Positions 9,807 through 18,700 of a stretch of 64,000 bases of DNA are shown here, piece after piece (the first letter of the stretch is position 1; every line of letters starts with the position of its first letter). This DNA is from a virus (lineage: Duplodnaviria > Caudoviricetes): IMG/VR virus record IMGVR_UViG_3300027819_000006; one strand, given 5' to 3'. The position numbers and the translations under genes are program-made. The notes beneath the pieces are model-generated. The model was not told the DNA's origin, did not search any database, and worked only from the letters and a program-made list of their open reading frames with translations.

Positions 9807-10931
9807 CTAGTTGCCCTTTCCCAGCATGCTATGTATAACATTATAACAATCATTTCTAGAACTAGCTTTTGTCATTACAGTTTTTTCTTTAAACTCTTTA
9901 TCTTCGCCAAATTTACCAATTAGATGATCTGAAAAATTTTTATAATTTGACATATAAGAATATTGACCAGAAAGCATGCATAAACTTAGCTGATTTACAT
10001 TCGGAAGTATACTTTCTAATATTATTTTTGCTGTCTCTTCATCGTCTTCAGAATTCCAATTTTGATAATCTCCAAAATAAGCACAATAAATATTCCAATC
10101 AACTGAAGGATAAAATGTTCTCATTCTATCATCTAATATTTTAAATGCGCTTGAAATTAATGTTCCGCCTCCAGGAGTTAATTTATAAAATCTCTCCTTA
10201 TCAACTTCTGCAGCTTCTGTATCATGTAAAATATATCTAATATCTACATCATGATAAAACTTTTTTAACCATATTTCAATCCAATAGCATATTGTTTTTA
10301 CTATATCTAATTGTTCATCTGTCATAGAACCGGATACATCCATCATGTAGAATATGACAGCATTATTCATAGGCATAGGTTTAGTTTTCCAAGATTTATA
10401 TACAACATCATCTGTATAAGGTATTATTCTCGGAGATATTGGATTATATTGATTAGATTTAAGTTGTTTAAGAATAGTTTTAAGAATAGTTCTTTTTTTG
10501 TGTCTTAATGTTCGAGGTCCAGTAGAAGCAACAGTATTATATTTGTTTTTATAACCCTTCATCATTCTCTTGCCTTTTGGTAAAATATTAGGCAATGCTA
10601 ATTCTTCTCCTAACATCTCAGCTAATTCTTCTATATTCAATTCTGCATATTGTGAATGTCTGCCTTTTTCGTTACTAGCTTTACCTATTTCTTCTTCATC
10701 TGGATCAAAATCGACTATATCACCAACTTCTCCATCACCTCTACCAACAGAGCCAACTTCTCCTTTACTATATTTTATAGTAGGAATATGAATAGATTCA
10801 ATTGGAATTTTTATGGAATCTTTACCTCTAACAGAATTTATCTCACCATTAATAACTTTCTTTATCTTATCTTTGGCATTCTCACGCAATTTTTTTCTAA
10901 ATCTATCAGCGTCTTGTAAAGTTGAACCCAT
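9807..10931 (-). CDS. yeaH: YeaH/YhbH (DUF444) vWA-domain protein
   Basis: GRGDGEVGD, AVIFYMMDVSGSM, GGGTLISSA; lies between prkA and spoVR. Confidence 0.93.
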   Translation of the reverse strand: MGSTLQDADRFRKKLRENAKDKIKKVINGEINSVRGKDSIKIPIESIHIPTIKYSKGEVGSVGRGDGEVGDIVDFDPDEEEIGKASNEKGRHSQYAELNIEELAEMLGEELALPNILPKGKRMMKGYKNKYNTVASTGPRTLRHKKRTILKTILKQLKSNQYNPISPRIIPYTDDVVYKSWKTKPMPMNNAVIFYMMDVSGSMTDEQLDIVKTICYWIEIWLKKFYHDVDIRYILHDTEAAEVDKERFYKLTPGGGTLISSAFKILDDRMRTFYPSVDWNIYCAYFGDYQNWNSEDDEETAKIILESILPNVNQLSLCMLSGQYSYMSNYKNFSDHLIGKFGEDKEFKEKTVMTKASSRNDCYNVIHSMLGKGN

Positions 10932-10953
10932 TATTTATATCTCTCTTAAACGT

Positions 10954-12945
10954 TTATGAAGTCACTTTTGGATTTGACCTACTCATGATAGAACTTACGA
11001 AATTCAAACTATCAGTTGCACAATTATCGCAATAACCATATTCACTAATTAATCTTCCTTTAACTATATCTATTTTAGCTTGAGTATCTGAATCTACTAC
11101 ACCCGTAACAAGCTGATTAAGTTTAATTGTGTCTTTCTGATCTTCAAACAATTTCAGTTCAAGAGCCATTTGCAATCTTGGATTAGACTTATAATCAAAT
11201 TTCTTTCCGTCTACAGCTAACCCTCCAATATAGTTCATGATTGCAAGTCTGAAATCTCCTTTTCTTTCATCTGGAATATCAATTTTTTCTTCAATTGCTC
11301 GCATCAATCTTTCATCTGGCTCTTCATCTTTACCAGTATATTTATTTTTAACCTTTTCTTTTGAAGTGAAAGCTTTAATATTGTCGATATAATTCTGACA
11401 AATTCTAGCTAAACCTTGATCATCTGCTGCAATAGCTCTCTGAACTTCTCTTTTTACAATGTATTCATACTCTTCTTTTACATCATTTAATAAAGCTCTA
11501 AATTTCTTTCTTGTTTCTGGAGATGAAGTAAGTGAATAAATATCTAAACCTTTGTCTAATTCATTCATTACCATGAATGGGTTAATACATTTGAATTCTG
11601 AATTAACAATTGCATTTGAAATCTTATCTTGAATATATCTTGGAGAAATCCCTTCCATACCTTCTCTAGATTCTGCTTGCATCATTTCTTTTACATGATC
11701 TTCTGTAAATCCAGGTAAAGTTTTACCATTATACAATTTCATTTTCTGTACAATTGATAATTTACCACCTTCAGGATCTCTCAGTCTTGTCAAAACTGAC
11801 CACATTGCTGCAACCTCTAAAGTATGTGGAGCAATATGAGGATCTTTCATATTTTTAAATCTTTTTTCATAAATTTTCATTTCAGAATCAAGAATCTTAA
11901 TATATGGAATATCTACTCGAACAGTTCTATCTCTTAAAGCTTCCATACTCTCGTTTTTTTGCAGGTTTACGAAATCGGAAGCATTACAATGTCCCAAAAT
12001 TACTTCATCAATATCAACATGACTAAATTTCTTGGGTTTTATCTTATGCTCTTGTGAAGCAGTTAATAGATCATAAAGGAATGCTACATCTAATTTGAGA
12101 ACTTCAATCATTTCAATCATACCTCTATTTGCTACACAAAATTCTCCATCAAAGTTGAATGCTCTTGGATCAGAATCTCTACCATATTCAGCAATTTTTC
12201 TATAATCAATGTCTCCAGTTAACTCTGTAGAGTCTTGATTCTTTTCATCTTTTGGTTGAAATGTAGCAATTCCTATTCTATCATCTTCTGAAAATACATA
12301 TTTGAATACTTTAATATGATTGTCATAAATTTTTTCCACATCTCCGCTATATTTAGTCATCAGTTCATTGAAATAAAATCTGCATAAAGGACATAGATTA
12401 CCTAAAGATTTTCCAAATCCAAAAGTTTCTCTATGCTCTAATGGAATTAGATGTAGAGGATCTTCGTGCATTGGACAGACTACTTCAGTCTTATTTTCAT
12501 CATCTAATATCCATTTGAATGAATATACAGCTCCATCATCTTTCTTGCTGTATTCTTGAAGTCCCTTCTTCATTAGTCTAGCAATAGTAGATTTAGATGA
12601 TCCTACTGGCCCATGTAATAGAAAAATTCTACTTTCTGTACCATAACTATTCGCAGCAGATTCAACTAGCTTTACAAGCTTCATTAAATGGGGATCTATT
12701 CCATATACTGCATCTAGACCATCTTCCATAGGATCATCAAAGAAATTATAATGAATTACTCTTTCTTTAAAATGAGTATATTCATTAGTCCCATGAGATA
12801 AAATCATGTCAAACATTCTCTGAAATGCATTTCTATATAACTTTGGATTTTCTTTACATAGATCTATATAATTATTGAAACTCCCCTCCCAGTGCTCCCT
12901 ATCATACTTTGTCTGTTCTAACGCTGAGATAGATTTAAAATCCAT
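10954..12945 (-). CDS. prkA: PrkA/YeaG AAA-type serine kinase
   Basis: [54 protein letters not shown]. Confidence 0.96.
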   Translation of the reverse strand: MDFKSISALEQTKYDREHWEGSFNNYIDLCKENPKLYRNAFQRMFDMILSHGTNEYTHFKERVIHYNFFDDPMEDGLDAVYGIDPHLMKLVKLVESAANSYGTESRIFLLHGPVGSSKSTIARLMKKGLQEYSKKDDGAVYSFKWILDDENKTEVVCPMHEDPLHLIPLEHRETFGFGKSLGNLCPLCRFYFNELMTKYSGDVEKIYDNHIKVFKYVFSEDDRIGIATFQPKDEKNQDSTELTGDIDYRKIAEYGRDSDPRAFNFDGEFCVANRGMIEMIEVLKLDVAFLYDLLTASQEHKIKPKKFSHVDIDEVILGHCNASDFVNLQKNESMEALRDRTVRVDIPYIKILDSEMKIYEKRFKNMKDPHIAPHTLEVAAMWSVLTRLRDPEGGKLSIVQKMKLYNGKTLPGFTEDHVKEMMQAESREGMEGISPRYIQDKISNAIVNSEFKCINPFMVMNELDKGLDIYSLTSSPETRKKFRALLNDVKEEYEYIVKREVQRAIAADDQGLARICQNYIDNIKAFTSKEKVKNKYTGKDEEPDERLMRAIEEKIDIPDERKGDFRLAIMNYIGGLAVDGKKFDYKSNPRLQMALELKLFEDQKDTIKLNQLVTGVVDSDTQAKIDIVKGRLISEYGYCDNCATDSLNFVSSIMSRSNPKVTS

Positions 12946-12970
12946 TTTGTTTCACTTTCTCCTATTTTTA

Positions 12971-13669
12971 TTATATGAACTGCTCTATGTAATTTCTATC
13001 TTCTGTGAATATTGGAATTTCATTATCTATTTTCCAATAACCTTCTATTTTAAAACAACACGCTCCTCTTTTAAAACTTGTTATTTCTTTTTCCCAACAA
13101 ACATCAACATCTTCTAATAGCATCTGTTTGACTTCTTTTGTGCTCTTGCTATCTAATTGTTTGTGAGAAAAGTGTTTCTGTCCTAAACAATTTATACTAT
13201 TTCTTTCACAGTCTTTCTGTCTCCAAATGAAATAATTGCAAACTTCTTCTTTGGGTAGAGAAAATACTCTGCAGTCAAAGAAAGCTGTTTGTAGTGGTAC
13301 TTTTAATTTAATAGGTTGCAAATATATATTTGCATAAGCTGTACATAATGAAGCTGCTACAGAAACTATCTTTTGAATATTACCACCAAACCACTGTTCA
13401 GTTTCAAATGTTTCATAGTCTGTCAACAATAAAGAAATTTCATCTGATTGAGTATAAGCTAATTTACAGTTCTGAACTTCACCACACAAATCTAATATTG
13501 TATATTTGAAAGCATTCATTAGATCTTCGTCATACGGCTTTTTCAGATGCTTTGTAAATGTATGGAAAGCCTTGCCATCCAATCTGATAATTGCTGGCAT
13601 TCTTGGAATTAGACGTTGTTCAGTGAAACATTTCTCAAATTTCTTCATGCGATCTGCGATATTTATCAT
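12971..13669 (-). CDS. thg1: tRNA-His guanylyltransferase Thg1-like protein
   Basis: IIRLDGKAFHTFT, YTQSDEISL, FDCRVF, YFIWRQ.D..RN. Confidence 0.93.
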   Translation of the reverse strand: MINIADRMKKFEKCFTEQRLIPRMPAIIRLDGKAFHTFTKHLKKPYDEDLMNAFKYTILDLCGEVQNCKLAYTQSDEISLLLTDYETFETEQWFGGNIQKIVSVAASLCTAYANIYLQPIKLKVPLQTAFFDCRVFSLPKEEVCNYFIWRQKDCERNSINCLGQKHFSHKQLDSKSTKEVKQMLLEDVDVCWEKEITSFKRGACCFKIEGYWKIDNEIPIFTEDRNYIEQFI

Positions 13670-13677
13670 AAAAACTC

Positions 13678-14454
13678 CTATGGATTGAATCTACTACCCC
13701 AATTATTATGGATTTCTTTATGACACTTCCTGCAAAGTATTAATCCATTCAATAAGTTTTCATCTTTTATTCTATCACAATTAGCTAAATAAGCAGCTTT
13801 ATCATCGTCACAATCGAAAACAATATTACATTTTGCTAATTCCTCTTTTATTAATATGACCATAGGAACTATATGATGAGCATCTAATTGTTCTTTGCTT
13901 CCGCATTTTGAACATTTATCATATGCAGCATACATTTTATTGTACCATTTAAATCTTCTACTGACTTCTATTTTAACTTTAACTGTTAGAGTGTGAAATC
14001 TACCACCTTTCCATGCAGTAGCATTTTTGCCGGTCTTGCCTGTTCTCGATATAGACATTTTATTCCTAGTAGCTATAGAATGTTTTTTATGATACATACT
14101 ATTTTTAGGACCAGATGTATCTCTAATTTTTATAGCATTTTGATATTTTTCTGAATTTCTTACAGCATTTCCATGTTCTTTCTTTTTTTCATCAGTCCAA
14201 AATGCTTTAGTTCTTTGAGGAGGATGATTTATGGGAACTATTTTTCTATAACATGGCTGGCATATATCTATATGAGATTGTCTATTTATTTTATTTCCAC
14301 ATTCACACATCATATTATTTCTACAGGGTCCACATATTTCGTATCCACATCTTATAGAATCTTCTTTTAATTCATTATTACAGCTGCGTATTTCACATTT
14401 CATTTTTATCTCCTTGAATATAATAAATATACTCAAGAGAGACAAATGAATCAA
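13678..14454 (-). CDS. HNH homing-endonuclease-like protein with NUMOD3-like motif
   Basis: KKHSIATRNKMS, CSKCG...HHI...LCRKCHKEIH. True start is probably MKCEIR. Confidence 0.8.
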   Translation of the reverse strand: MIHLSLLSIFIIFKEIKMKCEIRSCNNELKEDSIRCGYEICGPCRNNMMCECGNKINRQSHIDICQPCYRKIVPINHPPQRTKAFWTDEKKKEHGNAVRNSEKYQNAIKIRDTSGPKNSMYHKKHSIATRNKMSISRTGKTGKNATAWKGGRFHTLTVKVKIEVSRRFKWYNKMYAAYDKCSKCGSKEQLDAHHIVPMVILIKEELAKCNIVFDCDDDKAAYLANCDRIKDENLLNGLILCRKCHKEIHNNWGSRFNP

Positions 14455-14523
14455 TCGGCCAGAGAATCTTCGATCATAGTAACCTCCTGTTTGTCTTTAT
14501 TTTTAATAAAATAGCAATCAGAT

Positions 14524-14670
14524 TTAATCTAGAAGCAGTTTTTTATTCTCTGTTAATGATTGCTCTTTTATAATTCCAGTACCTAAGCAATTAGGACAGA
14601 TTTCAATCTTTTCTTCTAGTTTTATTACTTTCTTGCCTTCACAGATCTTGCATATGATCACATCTGACAT
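14524..14670 (-). CDS. 48-aa DnaJ-type zinc-finger protein (not in ORF track)
   Basis: MSDVIICKICEGKK...CPNCLGTG. Confidence 0.6.
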   Translation of the reverse strand: MSDVIICKICEGKKVIKLEEKIEICPNCLGTGIIKEQSLTENKKLLLD

Positions 14671-14671
14671 G

Positions 14672-14857
14672 TCATTTTTCCCTCATTAATATGATGATTT
14701 TATCTAATCTTACTACAGTATTTTCAATCACAGTCATGAATTGCTCTATAGTTTGTTCAATGTTTTCTATATCTTCTTTATTATATTCTTTTTCTAAATT
14801 TTTGAATATAGTATATAGCCTGAGTACTTCAATTTTAACTTTGTCTTTATTTCTCAT
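14672..14857 (-). CDS. Hypothetical coiled-coil protein
   Basis: ORF in a tightly packed operon. Confidence 0.5.
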   Translation of the reverse strand: MRNKDKVKIEVLRLYTIFKNLEKEYNKEDIENIEQTIEQFMTVIENTVVRLDKIIILMREK

Positions 14858-14859
14858 TT

Positions 14860-15132
14860 TTAATAGTTATGTAATACATTGATTATAACTTCATCAGGTA
14901 GATTGTCCATATAGATAAAATAGTTGTTCTGAACCACAGATTTTACAAACTGAAAACCATAGACATTTTCTACTACATTTTTAATTTTAGCTTCACCATA
15001 TTCCATTGGAATGACTATTATTCTTTTATTTGTTATGCTTGCTTGTAATATCTTCCATACCAAATCTGGTCTTGTTTTGAACGTTCCAGTATATAGAATT
15101 TCAAAATTATCTCCCCACACTTTCTCTGTCAA
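14860..15132 (-). CDS. Hypothetical protein
   Basis: ORF with RBS in a tightly packed operon. Confidence 0.55.
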   Translation of the reverse strand: MTEKVWGDNFEILYTGTFKTRPDLVWKILQASITNKRIIVIPMEYGEAKIKNVVENVYGFQFVKSVVQNNYFIYMDNLPDEVIINVLHNY

Positions 15133-15145
15133 ACTATTTCTCCAA

Positions 15146-15391
15146 CTAAGTTTGTTCTACAACTTGATTGTTTGCTACTTTCCATTGTTCAGCTGACAAA
15201 ATGATATCACTTGTTTCATCATCTATTCTCATGTTCAGAGGCCAAATACTTTTACACTGATTAGATTTGCCATCTTCAGTTTCTATCCATACAGTGCCCT
15301 CTATTACAGAATCTGGCAAACTATTTAGACAGTTTTTTAGCTGTCTAATTGTGATTCCATTTGAATTTTCTAGTTTTTTGATCTCTTCCAT
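15146..15391 (-). CDS. Hypothetical protein
   Basis: ORF in a tightly packed operon. Confidence 0.55.
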   Translation of the reverse strand: MEEIKKLENSNGITIRQLKNCLNSLPDSVIEGTVWIETEDGKSNQCKSIWPLNMRIDDETSDIILSAEQWKVANNQVVEQT

Positions 15392-15392
15392 T

Positions 15393-15620
15393 TTAACACT
15401 CGAATGAATTTCTTATGAAATGTATCAGATATTCTTTACTAGCTCCTTCAAGCTGCATTTCTTCTGCTTTATCAAGTATCAGTTTAAAATGTGGTCCTGG
15501 CTTAATTCCAAGAGTAATCAGATCATTTCCAGTTACAAGTCTTGGTGCATTAATCTTGTCTTCAGTAAAATCAGGTTCTGCAAGTTTTGCAACCAGAAAT
15601 TTGTAATAGTTATAAACAAT
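15393..15620 (-). CDS. Fragment resembling the C-terminal tail of CCA-adding enzyme/poly(A) polymerase (not in ORF track)
   Basis: ...KINAPRLVTGNDLITLGIKPGPHFKLILDKAEEMQLEG...*; start not defined. Confidence 0.55.
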   Translation of the reverse strand: MVYNYYKFLVAKLAEPDFTEDKINAPRLVTGNDLITLGIKPGPHFKLILDKAEEMQLEGASKEYLIHFIRNSFEC

Positions 15621-15703
15621 TTTGATGCAAAAGTAAATAAAAAGATGCTTCCCATATAAAATAAATATATAAGAAACATCACTTTAAAACATCTGTCTAA
15701 CAA

Positions 15704-18700
15704 CTAAACAATCTTGAAACCATCTACAGAATATCTAGAAATTCTATTAACCTCTTCTTCTTCATGTTTCTCCATCTGATTCAAATAGAAAGCAAATCTC
15801 TCTTCTATATGCTCGTTCAAATCGTAAACTTTATCAGAATAAACTTTCAAATCTGCTGCTTTCTTCTTTGATTCTTCAAAATTCTCGACATGTTTAGATA
15901 TAGCATCTGTCCACACTTTAGGAGCTGTAACACTTACTGCCATGTTTTCAAATCTTAGTTTATCGGGAACAGTTTTCCAGAAGTCATGATAACCTCCATA
16001 ATTGCTGAATACTGGGACTGCTCCATAATACAAAGATTCTATCAGCTTTATCTCTGATTTGCACTCGCTAAATGTATTATGTTCTACATATGCCAAAGAT
16101 ATATCAAACAGAGTATAGAATTTAGCATATTCTTCTAGAGGCAGAGCATCAAAAATTTTTATTCTCTTTGGATCAATACCTGAATATAGTTTCTCTACTC
16201 TGTTTCTATAAGTCAAGCTCTTGTCTTGCAATTCCATTTCTCTGAATTTAGCCTGACCATTCTCGTCATATTGTATTTCTACTTGTGAATCTTTCAATGC
16301 CATACCAGCAAGCACAAATACAGTCTGTGGATATCTGTCATGTATGACTTTTAGAATGGAATACATTTTTCTCAGATCTTCAAAATGACTTGTAAGACCT
16401 GCCCAGCCAATAACAATTTTATTGTCAGTTGAAGGAAACCATTCTGGTAACATTTGCTGTCTAGTATCAGAAATATTTAAATTCCATTGTGGCAGTTGCC
16501 AGTCAAACATATTTCTGATTATATGCACATTCTTATTGAAATTTCCAAATGTTTTACATAGTTTCTCAGTAGTAGTTGTAATAGCATGACTCTTGCTTAG
16601 AGAGTGAATGCTCATTTGATCTTTTTTGCTTGCATCAATTATGTTGCGATGATATCGATTCCATATCATCTCTTATGGTCACCCATAAGTTCAGACTATT
16701 TCTTGTGCTATATTCAAAAGCACCTCTCTGTTTCAGCTTCTCTTGAAGCTTACATTATATAGTCGTTGCACTATCTGTGTTTCAAATATTCAGCTATTAT
16801 GCTGATTACTGCAATAAGAGATATTACAGATAAAGCATATATTAAAATATACTTTCCAAATAGCTCAGAGTTTTCTCAGTGAGATTTTCTCTGAATTAAG
16901 AGAGTTTTTATTATGTGAAGCAATTTAATACCACACATCACGCATCAATTATGTTATCTTAGAAGTTCTTTATCTTCTAATTCTGATAATTTTATTCTTA
17001 TCAGTTCGGACTATATCATCAGTATTGAAATACTGTCTCTTTTTCTTGGATATTTCTATCTAGTCTCTGAACCTTCTATTTTATCAATAGTTTAGCTGCT
17101 GATTAGCATTTCAGCTTTCCAGCAATTTAAGAGATTTTTCATTGAATTATTCAATGCCCCAATTTTTATTCAGGGTGCGTTCTTGGTAAGTTGAATTCAT
17201 TATCTATTTATTTGTTAACTGCAATTTCTTTTATTATAGTTGCAGATCGGACTATTTCATCTAGTTCTATGTCTAGTCTCTGAACCTTCTATTTATATAG
17301 CTTGGCTGCAGATTGTCTCTGTCTGAGATATCCCTGCAATTTATAGAATTTATTGTGGACAATATTTGAATTCTAAAAACTTAATCCACATCATGACAGA
17401 CCCAAGCAGATTTCTCTGTCTTCGGCCACATGTTTACTGCTGATAAAAAATGTGAATGTAAATTTCCACATCTGTGCATTATTATTCCATCTGCTAATTT
17501 GAGATGATTCGGTTGTCATTTATGTTGCGGAATTTATTCGCAATAAGCTGCTGAAAATAATATGCATGGTTTCTTAACTTTTATATTGATTTCTTCGAAG
17601 CTATAATCTCTAAAAGTATGAAAATTAAATTCATCTTCATTTCCAAAAGATCTTTTTAGTGTTGCTTTAGCCTCTTCTAAATCTTTTGCTGCTATAAAAA
17701 TTATACTAAGTGAATAACCTTTACATGCTTTTACTTTAAAATATTTCATAATAAATTCCTCTACAATTTTTTATATTGTTGTAGTTCGGACTATCACATG
17801 ATCTTATAATATACTAAGCTGCTACCATTCAATTTTACCAGATTTACGAACTAATTTGTTGCCATATAGAGTAACTACTAATACATCTTCTAATACTTTA
17901 TATGTTCTTTGTGCAGCGTTTGATTTAAATAATTTCTTAACAGAAGCTGCTTGTTTCTTAGTCATATATCTGTAATTCACCATAAGACCTCCAAGGTTTA
18001 GTCTCTTCTACTGCATTTTCATGCTTGTAGTTTGTTAGCTTTAATTATGTTTCTAATTTGTTTTTTGTCTAATTTATCAGAAGATATTACGCATCCAAAA
18101 TCGCTAGTATTTTTAGTGTCAGGATGTTGATAAATGTGTAATCCAAATTTGTATTTTAAAACATGTTCTAATATCTCTATGTAGCTCATTGGACCTCCTG
18201 CAATTATTTCTTGATTCATAGTCAAAGCCTTTCAATTTAATTACTTAAGATTCTCATTTCTATATTGCTATAGAATGATCCACATTGTCTAGATTTTCAG
18301 TATAAACTAAATTTATCTCATCTCTAAAATTCTTCCACAGTACTCTCATCGGTTCAAAGATTCTGAAATATGCTTTCATGTTAGCTACAATTTTTGATAT
18401 AGTTGTAGTTCGGACTATCATATGATCTTTATGCTTTACCAAGTCTCAGGATCATTTCTATAAAAGTGTACAAATGCTAAAAATATTATAATACATCCTA
18501 GTGGTAAAATTAAACATTTTAGATCTCCAATCGTTTAGTCTCTCAAGCTGCAAAATTGTTTATAAAGCTTCCTGTCTTGATTAAAATATACTTTTTCTAT
18601 TGAAAGCTCTACTAAATTATAAATATATGCACACTTTCTATTATCTTTGGGACATCCTGGATCTTCTGCTTCTAAATATATAAGAGGAGAATATTTATCT

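Larger units (their letters stand above)
17517..18290 (-). mobile_element. Group I intron 3 (774 nt) with three small ORFs
   Basis: P1 AUCU/GGAU, P10 UGU/ACA, GAAGAGACUA and GUGAUAGUCCGAAC, ends AACAUAAAUG. Confidence 0.88.

Noticed and set aside
16636-16669. Tracked start MIWNRYHRNII of ORF 15704-16669
   Set aside because: These codons lie in the 3' end of intron 6; the true exon starts at 16635.
18260-18442. Tracked ORF MVKHKDH... as an independent gene
   Set aside because: It is exon 3 (18291-18372) plus flanking intron sequence.
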